From an uncultured delta proteobacterium (GTDB taxonomy: Bacteria > Desulfobacterota > Binatia > UBA9968), in the NCBI GenBank assembly GCA_963801935.1, contig CAWDHA010000032.1:18602-82601 (forward strand): a DNA stretch of 64,000 bases. The letters are read 5' to 3'. Position 1 is the first letter of the stretch; every line of letters starts with the position of its first letter. This document shows, piece by piece, positions 9,051 through 18,199 of the stretch. Made by a program: the position numbers and the translations under genes. The notes beneath the pieces are model-generated. The model saw only the letters and a list, made by a program, of their open reading frames with translations. It was not told where the DNA came from and did not search any database.

Positions 9051-10964
9051 TCAATCGAACTGACTCCATTCTTTGAACTCTTCTAAGCCCAGTTTTTGTA
9101 ACGTATCTATGAATGGCCGGCCGGTGTGCTCGTGCCGGCCCGAGATTCGGTAATACTCGTACACCAGGCCGGGCAGCCACTTGGCAATGGTGAAGCCTTT
9201 GTATTTGCCGTCGGGTATCGGTTCTAAAAATCGCGGGCCGACATCTTGCCAGTCATGCTCGGCGATCCAGCCGCGCTGGGTGCCGAACAGACTCTGCAGG
9301 ATAATCGCGCGATGGCCGGTGTCGATGGTCTCGTCGAGAGAAACGTTCCATCCTGTGGTCGCGTTCAGCGAATCGACCATGCTCTGAATGCCGTCGGGCG
9401 GTTTGTCGTTCAAAGCGAACCAGCAGCCGCCCATGATGCCGCAAGCCTGGCGAATCTGCTCTGTGATCAAATGCGAATGGCTCCAACCATCCGGCTGGTT
9501 GGGATCAAGGGGCCCCCACTTTTCCCGATAACGCAGATCAGCCGGAGGCTCGATGCCGCCGGCGCCCTGGGGTTTCATGCCGCCGCTGGCCACCAGCTCG
9601 CGCAGCATCTGGCTGAGTAGCGGCCGCCACTCATGCTGCGCCGGCGTGCCGCCTTTGGTGTGCACGACCCAATTCGTTGCCTCGCCGCCGAGTTCTTCAG
9701 CAAGTTCCTTCGGACCATCGGCGAGGATATTGCCGAGCCAGGTTTCCCGTCGCGCGCAACGCTCTAACAAAGTTTCAACGGCTTCCAGATTACCCCATTC
9801 AAGTTTGAGCCCGTCGGTCTTTTCCGGGCCGAGCACACCTTTCTCCCAGGCCTCAAACGCCAATCCCGCGCCGCAAGCGAAGTGGCTGCACTCGATGCCG
9901 AGGTCATTAATGCGCTCCGAAAGATAAAGAACGTCATTGCCCTTGAAGCCAAGATTATAAAATGTGTCCATCCACTCGCTGCCGGCGTTGAAGTGGCCGA
10001 TGTTGCCCTTGAAGCGGCCTTCACCGATCTCCACGTCCCATGGACACATGCGCGGGCACTGAAAGCAGGGGCGGAGCGTCACGCGGTTTTGATCGAGGCC
10101 TTGGGCTTCGTCAGTGATTAGGGTGCTGCGCCAGTTGAGCCTGGTAATCGCGCCCCACTCTTCGCCGTGGCCGACGCTGGTCAAGCGTTTCTTGACTGTG
10201 GTTTTTCTCGACTGAATCGCTTTTGTCCAGCGCGCGCCGGCATCGATCAGTTTGTTCTTGTCATGTAGAGGCGGTCGCCTGGTTCCCCAGGCGACGATCG
10301 CTTTAAGTTTTTTCGAGCCCATCACAGCGCCCAAGCCGTGCGCCGCGGTGTGATTGTAATCGTTGACCAACATTGCCGCGCGAATGAGATTTTCTCCCGC
10401 CGGACCGATGCAGCCGATACGCGCATCCTGATGGCCGGAGTCTTTGCGCAGCGTCTCTTCGGTTTCGCGGATGCCCTTGCCCCAGACATGGCTTGCGTCG
10501 CGCAGCTCGAGCTTGTCTTCGCCGATGTAGAGATATTTTGGCGTTTGCGCCGCACCGGTTACTATCACGCCGTCGTAGCCGGCGCATTTTAGCGACGTGC
10601 CGAAATAGCCGCTGGTCGCGCCGCGGCCGAGCGTGTACTTGGTCGCCGGGCTCAAATAGACGAAACACATTTTGGTGCCACCCGGCGTAAAGCCCGTGCC
10701 GGTAATCGGTCCGGTCATGCCGACGATGACATTCTGCGGATCGTAGGGATCGATATCTAGCGGCAACTCATTGAGCAGCACATACTCGGCGAAGAGCTGG
10801 CCGCCCCAGTACTTGCGCAACAATCGCTCTTCCGGAAGATTGAGATCCTTGAGCGCGCCCGTTGTAAGATCGGCGCGTAAAATCTTTCCCATGTAGCCGC
10901 CGGGCAATCGAGATTTGCGCTGTGCTGGAAAGAAATCTACGTAGTCAGAGTTTGCGTTTGTCAT
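9051..10964 (-). CDS. aldehyde:ferredoxin oxidoreductase (tungstopterin WOR/AOR family), paralogue 1
   Basis: GYMGKILR, GPITGT, SPAT, LKCAGYDG, IGPAGEN, GAVMGSKKLKAIV and CxxCxxxC motifs. Confidence 0.92.
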   Translation of the reverse strand: MTNANSDYVDFFPAQRKSRLPGGYMGKILRADLTTGALKDLNLPEERLLRKYWGGQLFAEYVLLNELPLDIDPYDPQNVIVGMTGPITGTGFTPGGTKMCFVYLSPATKYTLGRGATSGYFGTSLKCAGYDGVIVTGAAQTPKYLYIGEDKLELRDASHVWGKGIRETEETLRKDSGHQDARIGCIGPAGENLIRAAMLVNDYNHTAAHGLGAVMGSKKLKAIVAWGTRRPPLHDKNKLIDAGARWTKAIQSRKTTVKKRLTSVGHGEEWGAITRLNWRSTLITDEAQGLDQNRVTLRPCFQCPRMCPWDVEIGEGRFKGNIGHFNAGSEWMDTFYNLGFKGNDVLYLSERINDLGIECSHFACGAGLAFEAWEKGVLGPEKTDGLKLEWGNLEAVETLLERCARRETWLGNILADGPKELAEELGGEATNWVVHTKGGTPAQHEWRPLLSQMLRELVASGGMKPQGAGGIEPPADLRYREKWGPLDPNQPDGWSHSHLITEQIRQACGIMGGCWFALNDKPPDGIQSMVDSLNATTGWNVSLDETIDTGHRAIILQSLFGTQRGWIAEHDWQDVGPRFLEPIPDGKYKGFTIAKWLPGLVYEYYRISGRHEHTGRPFIDTLQKLGLEEFKEWSQFD

Positions 10965-10982
10965 CAGCTCGCTCTATCTACT

Positions 10983-11075
10983 CGTTCAAATCGTATCGGA
11001 GGTTAAAAACGTTCAAGGACTTGATCACTCTTTAACGCTTTGAACGATTGGAACTGCTTGAACGTTTTGAACGGT
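10983..11075. repeat. Nonamer inverted array (GTTCAAnnn / nnTTGAACG), family R6
   Basis: cgttcaaat..gttaaaaac gttcaagga / tttgaacga ttggaactg cttgaacgt tttgaacgg. Confidence 0.75.
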
Positions 11076-11085
11076 ATTCATTGGT

Positions 11086-11814
11086 TCACGGAAACAGCTC
11101 GCATTTTCCACTGTTGGGCTGGTGGTCCCACCGGCTCTCTATGATAGAAAAATAATTCCAGGCGCGTTGGGCGCGACGCTCGAAGGCGATCTCAGCGCCG
11201 AAGGCGCGGCATTCTTCTTCGCTGATAGTGCCGATCTCGCCGAGAGCCGCGGCTTGCCAGGATTTTTTTGTATCATCTTCCAGGACAAACGCGCTGTAGA
11301 GAACTTCCTGCAAATTCTGCCCGGCAACGACGATGCCATGACCGCGCAGCAGCACGGCGCGTTTGTCGGCCATGGTCTTCAATAAATTTTCACCGCGCGC
11401 CGGCGTTGTGATCAATTGGGCTTCCGGATAAAGCGGCACGCCGCCTGCAAAGATCGCTCCTTGCAAAGTGACCGGCTGGAACTTGCGTTTCGCGATGGTG
11501 AAAAGGGTCGCGTACGGCGTATGCAGGTGCGCTACCGCAAGCGCGTCGGCGCGGCCGCGGTGAAGCGCCGTGTGAATCGGCCATTCCACCGGCGGGCCGG
11601 TTTTGCCCGGGAGCGGTTTGCCGTCCAGATCCGTAGATATTATATCTACCGCGCGCAAACTCGCTTTGTCCGAGCCCATGCCGGGAGTGATGAAGACCGT
11701 TTTCGTTTCGGGTTGATAGACGCTCACATGACCGAAAACGCCGATCATGCCTTGCATGGCGAAAATCCGCGTACAGGTGGCGAGTTGTTCGCAGAGTTCG
11801 GATTCGGCAGGCAT
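11086..11814 (-). CDS. class II aldolase/adducin family protein
   Basis: GHVS, EWPIHTALH, AHLHTPYA and LLRGHG Zn motifs; ATG at 11814 with GAGGAG RBS. Confidence 0.9.
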   Translation of the reverse strand: MPAESELCEQLATCTRIFAMQGMIGVFGHVSVYQPETKTVFITPGMGSDKASLRAVDIISTDLDGKPLPGKTGPPVEWPIHTALHRGRADALAVAHLHTPYATLFTIAKRKFQPVTLQGAIFAGGVPLYPEAQLITTPARGENLLKTMADKRAVLLRGHGIVVAGQNLQEVLYSAFVLEDDTKKSWQAAALGEIGTISEEECRAFGAEIAFERRAQRAWNYFSIIESRWDHQPNSGKCELFP

Positions 11815-11949
11815 AAAGTCATCTCCTCTCGGGTCGCTTGCAGCTCTTTGGTGACTGCTTCGACAACCTGGATCGGAATCGCCGTGCGGACAGAGCGTAT
11901 CGCAATCGGACGAGTCGCTAAGCCCTGCGACACAGCTCAGGATAAGTCC

Positions 11950-11980
11950 GAGATTCTTCGCCTTCGGCTCAGAATGACAA
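11950..11980. repeat. REP-like unit GAGATTCTTCGCC..GGCTCAGAATGACA (family R7)
   Basis: Near-identical to 51074-51104; related to 55550-55656 and 33862-33887. Confidence 0.75.
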
Positions 11981-12040
11981 GAGATATTCTCCGATGGCAA
12001 GGCCGCTCGTGAGTCATTCTCATGCTGCCCGGTTTACTTT

Positions 12041-12844
12041 TTACGAGAAATAGCGGTAGAGCAGCCGTCTCGGATGAATCAGCGCCAGATACAAGGCTCT
12101 GAGCTTGCCGGGAATGCCGCAGCGCGGGGTGAAAAGGTCCTTTAGCATCAAGCCTAACGGGATCCGATGCTTTGGAAATCTTTTCGGGCTTATATTGCGC
12201 ACTCCGTATTTCTCTTTACTCTCTTTCAGGACATAGATGACGCTCCCGCCGCCGGCTTCTTTGTTGCCGTAGAGATAACCGCCGACAACTTCCGCCTGCT
12301 TCGTCGCTTTATCGGTGATTTCTTCCGTCAGGCCGAAATCGAGAGCGTCTACCGGGCAAGCCTGCACGCAAAACGGCTGTTTGTCTTCGTTCAACCGGTC
12401 GCTGCACATCGTGCACTTGCTGGCTTTGCCGGTGATGTCATTTTTAGTGATGACCTCCCAGGGACACGCATGGATGCAGTATTCGCAGCCGATGCAAACG
12501 TCCTTATTGATGACTACTGGACCCTCTTCGTACTTCGTGATCGCTTCCACCGGACAAACGGCAGCGCAAGCGGGAAAATCGCAGTGCATGCAACTGTTGC
12601 GCGCCCAGAGCGGCGCGAGTCCTTCGAGCACCGGCGGTTCCATGGTGATCCAGTTCGTGCTCGAGAGCTCGTAAAGACTGGTGCGGTCATGCTCGTTCCA
12701 ATCCTTGCACGCTTGCACGCAATGGCGGCAGCCGATGCACTTGGTGGCATCGAACAAGATAGTGCGCGGCTTGCCGTCCAGCAGACGCGCCGTCGGCACG
12801 AGGGTTCGGTATTCTTGAGTCAAAATCTCGTGGGCAGAAGCCAT
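12041..12844 (-). CDS. 4Fe-4S dicluster protein (FdnH/HybA-like electron-transfer subunit)
   Basis: Four Cys clusters: CIGCRHCVQAC, CMHCDFPACAAVCP, CIGCEYCIHACP, KCTMC..PFCVQACP. Confidence 0.93.
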   Translation of the reverse strand: MASAHEILTQEYRTLVPTARLLDGKPRTILFDATKCIGCRHCVQACKDWNEHDRTSLYELSSTNWITMEPPVLEGLAPLWARNSCMHCDFPACAAVCPVEAITKYEEGPVVINKDVCIGCEYCIHACPWEVITKNDITGKASKCTMCSDRLNEDKQPFCVQACPVDALDFGLTEEITDKATKQAEVVGGYLYGNKEAGGGSVIYVLKESKEKYGVRNISPKRFPKHRIPLGLMLKDLFTPRCGIPGKLRALYLALIHPRRLLYRYFS

Positions 12845-13085
12845 GAGTATCCTTTCAGTCGAGCAACGTCGTCGAGAAGTATCACTTCCGTTTTGCGACC
12901 GTCAACCCGATCGTAGTTTTCGCTTTGGAAAATCGCCAATCGTCGAATTCACCGATCATAAATCTGCCCTTTTTCTTTCCAAAGCTGGCTTCGAATGCCG
13001 TTCCACCCTTTACTAAACCTCTTGTATTCATCCACAGCCTTCGACTAGCCTACGGCCAAATTGATCGAGATGACAAGGAGGTTTT

Positions 13086-13823
13086 ATGGCGACGGGAACC
13101 TGGCGCGGAACGGTGGGCGTGGTGAAACCGACGTACGGATCAGGGTCGTTGGTGGAGTTCATTCGGTTATTGCCCGACGGGGTCGGTTGTATCCCGATGT
13201 ATGCGGGGATCAAGGAACATTCGGAGCGGGGATATCTCGGAGCGTTGGAAAACTACCATCTAAAAGTGGCCGAGCTGGCCGAAATCGGCGTCGATTTGAT
13301 GCACCCGGAGGGTGGCCCGCCTTTCATGGTGCGCGGTTACAAGGATGAGCAGGAGATCGTCGGCGGTTGGGAGGCAAAATACAAAATCCCCATCTTTACC
13401 TCGGGCATGTCGCAAGCCGCAGCGCTGCGCGCGTTGGGCATCAAGAAATTCGTCGGTTGCACTTATTTCAGAGACCAAAAGCTCAACGATATTTTCACGC
13501 GCTACTTTACCGATGCCGGTTTCGAAGTTCTGGGAATGGAAGGCATGGATACTTCGCCCGATGAGGCAGATAAAGTTTCCGCGGAGATGATTTACCAACA
13601 CCTGAAGCAGTCTTATGCCAAACATCCCTCAGCCCAAGGCATCTATCTGCTCGGCTCCGGCGCCTGGCAGGTGAAAGACATCATCGATGTCGAGAATGAT
13701 CTCGACCTGCCGGTGGTTCATCCCGTGGCCGCACGTGTCTGGTATGTGCAAAAATTGTTACGCGTGAGAAATCCCATCAAAGGCGCGAGCCGTTTGCTGG
13801 AGCAGCTTCCGGAAAGAGCGTAG
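13086..13823 (+). CDS. maleate isomerase/arylmalonate decarboxylase-like protein (Asp/Glu racemase superfamily)
   Basis: AALRALGIKK..TYF, YFTDAGFEVL and LDLPVVHP fold motifs. Confidence 0.75.
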   Translation: MATGTWRGTVGVVKPTYGSGSLVEFIRLLPDGVGCIPMYAGIKEHSERGYLGALENYHLKVAELAEIGVDLMHPEGGPPFMVRGYKDEQEIVGGWEAKYKIPIFTSGMSQAAALRALGIKKFVGCTYFRDQKLNDIFTRYFTDAGFEVLGMEGMDTSPDEADKVSAEMIYQHLKQSYAKHPSAQGIYLLGSGAWQVKDIIDVENDLDLPVVHPVAARVWYVQKLLRVRNPIKGASRLLEQLPERA

Positions 13824-13827
13824 AAGA

Positions 13828-13858
13828 GTTTCGAGTTACGGCTTTCGAGTTTCGGGTT
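13828..13858. repeat. Heptamer array (R5), single arm
   Basis: gtttcga gttacgg ctttcga gtttcgg gtt. Confidence 0.6.
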
Positions 13859-13904
13859 ATCCGTTTGATAGCGGAGAATACCCATAGCTGCATTTTCGTA
13901 CTCG

Positions 13905-14687
13905 CTATTTGCCGCGGCTGCTAACGCTCTCCGGCGTCAGGCTGCCGCCCCACGGATAGCTCTTGATACTCTGGCTGGTTTTCCCGTGCACAAGGGTTTC
14001 CGCGAGGCGAATGCCGACCAGCTTGGTGTTGATTACCGGCACGTTGAACTCGGCTTCCAGCTCTTCAGTAGATACCACATAGGGCACGAGACGCCCGCCG
14101 AGCGGAATCAGCGCATGCGCGCCTTCGGCGATCAGTTCTTTGCCGACGGCCAGTATGCGCTCGAGGATGAGACCGCGGTAGGCTGATAAATCGCCCGCTT
14201 CGTAGGCATTGATGGCCTTGATCCCCGAGACGAATTTGCCCATGCCATAGTTCTCGATAATGCGCCGCGCGTAGATCGCATGACTATCCAGCGGTGCGAT
14301 GAGCGCAAAGCGGTCGGCAATCGTCGCGGCGAAGTGGCAGGAAGCGCGGAGAACGCCGACCACGGGGATGCGCACCGCGCAGCGCGCTACTTCGACACCG
14401 GGATCGAAGGTGTTGCTCTGCACCACGGCATCGAAACCGAGCTGTTCGGCCTCGATAATTTTTTTAACCAGAGCAGGAGTTTCCAGCGCATGGTGCAGAC
14501 CGGCGAGGGCCTGACTCTTGCGCAGGTGGTTCATGATCTCGGTGCCGCCGAGATCTTCCGGATGATGTATCTCAACGGTCGTTCCCGGAGAAGCATAACT
14601 GTTCATCAGCGCGGCGATGCGGGCTTGATACTCCGGGCTGCCCTCGCGCTTGGATTGATGGTTTAAGAACATGATCTTCATCGTCAT
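13905..14687 (-). CDS. hydantoin racemase-like protein (Asp/Glu/hydantoin racemase superfamily)
   Basis: MKIMFLN, ASPGTTVEI, AEQLGFDAVV..FDPGVEVAR..VRIPVVG and VPVIN motifs. Confidence 0.8.
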   Translation of the reverse strand: MTMKIMFLNHQSKREGSPEYQARIAALMNSYASPGTTVEIHHPEDLGGTEIMNHLRKSQALAGLHHALETPALVKKIIEAEQLGFDAVVQSNTFDPGVEVARCAVRIPVVGVLRASCHFAATIADRFALIAPLDSHAIYARRIIENYGMGKFVSGIKAINAYEAGDLSAYRGLILERILAVGKELIAEGAHALIPLGGRLVPYVVSTEELEAEFNVPVINTKLVGIRLAETLVHGKTSQSIKSYPWGGSLTPESVSSRGK

Positions 14688-14751
14688 TCCTCCGTCACAA
14701 TCCAGAAGTTCTCAAACAAAATTTGAACGTCGTTGCCGCAGAGCGCACCCC

Positions 14752-14798
14752 CTAGCAGCCCGTGGTGAAAGCCGAGACTTTTTTAGTTCTTGCTACTA
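14752..14798. repeat. Truncated copy of MITE family R2
   Basis: CTAGCAGCCCGTGGTGAAAG is identical to the left end at 51750-51769; region abuts the AOR2 stop codon. Confidence 0.65.
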
Positions 14799-16715
14799 AT
14801 CCAACTGGCTCCATGCGGCGAATTCTTCAAGGCCGAGATTTTCTAAAGTGTCTTTAAACGGCCGGCCGGTTCGCTCGTGGCGTCCGGACAGGCGATAGTA
14901 TTCCCAGATCATATCCGGCAGCCACTTGGCAATGGTAAAGCCCTGGTATTTGCCGTCTGGGATCGGTTCCAAAAATCTCGGGCCGACGTCTTGCCAGTCG
15001 AAGTCGGCGATCCAGCCGCGCTGGCTGGCGAAAAGGCTTTGCAGAATCATGCTGCGATGTCCGGCCTGGAGGGCTTCGTCCATGGTGAAATCCCAGCCGG
15101 TGATGGCGTTGAACGAGTCCACGATACTATTGAGGCCATCCGGTTTCTGGTTCATCTGGGCGAACCAGCAGCCGCCGAAGATCCCGGTGAACTGGCGATA
15201 TTGCTCCGAAAGCACATGCGACCACGCCCAGCCTTCGGGGTGATCGGCGCTCAGCGGTCCCCAGCTTTCGCGATAGCATAAATCCGGCGGCGGTTTAGTC
15301 GAGCCACCGCCCTGTGGTTTCATGCCGCCGCTGGCGACCAGCTCACGGAGCATTTGCCCCAGCATCGGGCGCCACTCGTGCATTGCCGGCGTGCCGCCTT
15401 TGGTATGCACGGCCCAGTTGGGTGCGTCGCCGCCGAGCGCTTCCGCGAGTTGTTTGGGGCCTTCTGCGAGCAGGTTGCCGAGCCAGCCTTCGCGCCGCGC
15501 CGCCATATCGAGTAGTTTTTCCGCTGCTTCAACGTTGCCCCATTCGAGCTTTAAGCCGTTGGTCTTGTCGGGGCCGAGCAGTCCTTTTTCCCACGCTTCG
15601 AAAGCGACGCCTGCGCCACACGAGAAATGGCTGCACTCAATGCCCACGTCATTGATGCGCTCGGCAAGATATAACGCCGAGTTGCCTTTGATGCCGAGAT
15701 TGAAAAACGCATCGAGCCACTCACCGCCGGCGTTGAAATGGAGCAGGGTACCCTTGTGCGCGCCGGCACCGATGGTCGCGTCCCACGGGCACATGCGCGC
15801 GCATTGAAAACAGGGGCGCAGCACCACCTCATTTTGGTCGAAGCCCTGAATGTGCGAAGGATTCAAGTCGGTGCTGCGCCAGTTCAAATTATTGAGCGCA
15901 CCCCAGGCTTCACCATGGCCGTACTTGGTCTTTTTCTTTTTTACATCATGGACCTGCAAAGTGGCGCGCCACCGCGATCCGGCATTTTCTAACTTGCGCT
16001 TATCGCGATAACTAGGGCGTCGCGAGCCATGGACGACAATCGCCTTGAGCTTCTTCGAGCCAAACACCGCGCCGCCGCTGTGCGCCGCGAAATGATTGTA
16101 ATCGTTGGCCAGCATGGCGGACCGGTTCAAATGCTCGCCGGCCGGCCCGATGCACAGCACCCTGGCATCACGGTTGTTGATCTGACGCAATCGGTTTTCG
16201 GTAGCGCGCGTGCCTAGTCCCCAGATTGGCGCTGCATCGCGCAGCTCGGTTTTTTCCTCAGTAATGCAAAGATAAACGGGTTTGGCCGAAGCGCCGTTGA
16301 TGATGATGCCGTCATAGCCCGCGGCTTTTAGATAAGTGCCCCAATAACCGCTGGTGGCGCCGCGGCCGAGAGTTTTGTTGGTTAGCGGGCTCAAGTAAAC
16401 CGCCGTCATTTTGGTGCCGCCCGGTGTAAAGCCGTTGCCGGTAAGCGGCCCGGTCATGATGACGACGCTATTTTCCGGACCGAACGGCGTCGCGTCGAGC
16501 GCCAGTTCATTCATCAGGATGTACAACCCGAGCGCCTGACCGCCGATGAACTTTCTGAGAATCGGTTCCTCGGGGAGGTTCTCGTCGCGCAAACTGCCGG
16601 TGCTGAGATTCACGCGCAGAATTTTTCCCATATAGCCGCCTGGCAATCTTGATTTTCGCACCTCTGGGAAGAGTCTCGCATAGTCCAAAGTCGAACTCGG
16701 CATGTCTTGATTCAC
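14796..16715 (-). CDS. aldehyde:ferredoxin oxidoreductase (WOR/AOR family), paralogue 2
   Basis: Same motifs as 9051-10964, with long identical peptides (e.g. WQDVGPRFLEPIPDGKY). Confidence 0.92.
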   Translation of the reverse strand: MNQDMPSSTLDYARLFPEVRKSRLPGGYMGKILRVNLSTGSLRDENLPEEPILRKFIGGQALGLYILMNELALDATPFGPENSVVIMTGPLTGNGFTPGGTKMTAVYLSPLTNKTLGRGATSGYWGTYLKAAGYDGIIINGASAKPVYLCITEEKTELRDAAPIWGLGTRATENRLRQINNRDARVLCIGPAGEHLNRSAMLANDYNHFAAHSGGAVFGSKKLKAIVVHGSRRPSYRDKRKLENAGSRWRATLQVHDVKKKKTKYGHGEAWGALNNLNWRSTDLNPSHIQGFDQNEVVLRPCFQCARMCPWDATIGAGAHKGTLLHFNAGGEWLDAFFNLGIKGNSALYLAERINDVGIECSHFSCGAGVAFEAWEKGLLGPDKTNGLKLEWGNVEAAEKLLDMAARREGWLGNLLAEGPKQLAEALGGDAPNWAVHTKGGTPAMHEWRPMLGQMLRELVASGGMKPQGGGSTKPPPDLCYRESWGPLSADHPEGWAWSHVLSEQYRQFTGIFGGCWFAQMNQKPDGLNSIVDSFNAITGWDFTMDEALQAGHRSMILQSLFASQRGWIADFDWQDVGPRFLEPIPDGKYQGFTIAKWLPDMIWEYYRLSGRHERTGRPFKDTLENLGLEEFAAWSQLD

Positions 16716-16726
16716 CGTATTCTATT

Positions 16727-16833
16727 GTTCCAGTCGTTTCAGACGTTCCAGACGTTCCAATCGTTCGATCCTGCGGACGGTTCAAGAGGTCTTAACGTTT
16801 GGAACGACTGGAATGGCTGGAACCATTGGAACC
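16727..16833. repeat. Nonamer inverted array (R6)
   Basis: gttccagtc gtttcagac gttccagac gttccaatc / ttggaacga ctggaatgg ctggaacca ttggaacc. Confidence 0.8.
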
Positions 16834-16840
16834 AACATTT

Positions 16841-17788
16841 TTACAGGTAGCCCTTTTCCCGAAAATATTTCTTGGCGCCGGCATGGAGCGGTATATTTAA
16901 CTGGCCGGCCTCACCGCCGCGGCAAAACTCGCGCATGGTCATCGGCCGTTTGTCGAAGTGATCGACGGGAATCTGTCGGTGACAGAGATCGACGGCTTCG
17001 GCCATTTTATAGGCGATCGCCGGCGCTAGATCAGCGTGACAGAAATACGTCCAACCGCTGAAATCGATGGTCTTAATATCGCGCTCCATCATGGGATAAT
17101 GCTGACGCGTTAACATAGCGCTGGGAAAGCCGATCTGTCCCATGTGCCGCATTGCTCGATCGTTGACCGGCAAAAAACGCATGCCTGCAGCGAGCGCTGC
17201 CGGTCCCCAACTTTTCACTCCTTCATCGAAAACCGCATCCGCTTTGCCGGTATCAATGTGATCTCTGCGTTCGGCGCCGCTCGGATTCGGCGCTTCCATT
17301 ACTTTACCGCCCCAACTTTCAATTTGCCGGAGGCTCATGCCGTAAGTTTTGAGCACCTCATCGATGGCATAAACGGTTGTCTGCAGCTTAACCCGCCGGC
17401 GCGTCGAGATGCGCAAAGGGTATCGCTGTTTTTCGACGTCTTCGAGTGATTCGATGCCGGTCTCTTTTCTGATGGCAAAGATCAATCGATCCCAGGTAGG
17501 AAATACCCCGATGGCGCGCAGGGAAATCTTTTTCTTATAGAAACCGCGCCCGCGGTAGGCCATCGCTGAAAGGCCCACCGGGTTACCGAAGCCGAAGGCG
17601 CAGCGCTTCTTGTCCACTAAAAGAGCCGGTCCGGTGCCGCCCAGTTCCGAATCTCGCCAGCCCATGCGGACGTTTAGTTGCGAGCGTGGCGGCAGTTCGA
17701 CGTTTTTAAAAAACGTCAGCGCGATGACGCTCGCGATATCGACCCGTTTAGATGTTCCAGCAATGGAAAGTTGGACCGGTTGGCTCAT
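16841..17788 (-). CDS. TAXI family TRAP solute-binding protein-like
   Basis: GIESLED, GKADAVF, MRFLPV and C-terminal IPLHAGAKKYFREKGYL motifs; AGGAG RBS; no obvious signal peptide. Confidence 0.75.
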   Translation of the reverse strand: MSQPVQLSIAGTSKRVDIASVIALTFFKNVELPPRSQLNVRMGWRDSELGGTGPALLVDKKRCAFGFGNPVGLSAMAYRGRGFYKKKISLRAIGVFPTWDRLIFAIRKETGIESLEDVEKQRYPLRISTRRRVKLQTTVYAIDEVLKTYGMSLRQIESWGGKVMEAPNPSGAERRDHIDTGKADAVFDEGVKSWGPAALAAGMRFLPVNDRAMRHMGQIGFPSAMLTRQHYPMMERDIKTIDFSGWTYFCHADLAPAIAYKMAEAVDLCHRQIPVDHFDKRPMTMREFCRGGEAGQLNIPLHAGAKKYFREKGYL

Positions 17789-18073
17789 GCTTCTCCTGAG
17801 CGCTGCCTGCGCTCGTTGATTTCCAGTTACCGGCGCGACGCGCCATAAATCTTTTTTCTGCTACTAAACGTTTGAATTGTCAATAAAAAAAAGTTGAGCA
17901 AATAGCTAAACGGTAAAAGGAAATTAGCAATTTTTGTGGCGTCACGTTTGTAGTCATAAATTCCGCAATTTTGTTTTGTTTTTTAAAACGTAATGTTATA
18001 TTACATGCAATTTAATATATATAATTTCTTATCGCTGTATTCCTAGCGGATAAACGAACTCCTCGGTTAATTT

Positions 18074-18089
18074 TGGCGGATAAATTGCT
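18074..18089 (+). promoter_or_regulatory. putative sigma54 -24/-12 promoter
   Basis: TGGC-GGATAAA-TTGCT fits TGGC-N7-TTGCW; lies downstream of an AT-rich tract and about 110 bp before the kinase ATG. Confidence 0.55.
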
Positions 18090-18199
18090 GCAAGCCTTCA
18101 AAAACACCGAATCTAGGCAGTTTAGGCTGCATCCTGGCAGCGAGCTTTTTTGTTGCGTGGCAGTTAAGACCGGCCCGCGCTGTTCGGCATTTTAAGCCG

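Noticed and set aside
8896-12000. N-terminal extensions of ORFs 7897-9180 and 11086-12000 (likewise 27713-29152 and 51100-51753)
   Set aside because: The extensions overlap neighbouring genes or REP-like repeats; better-supported starts exist downstream.
10983-16833. CRISPR-like arrays in the nonamer and heptamer repeats
   Set aside because: Units are 7-9 nt in tandem with no unique spacers, and there are no cas genes.
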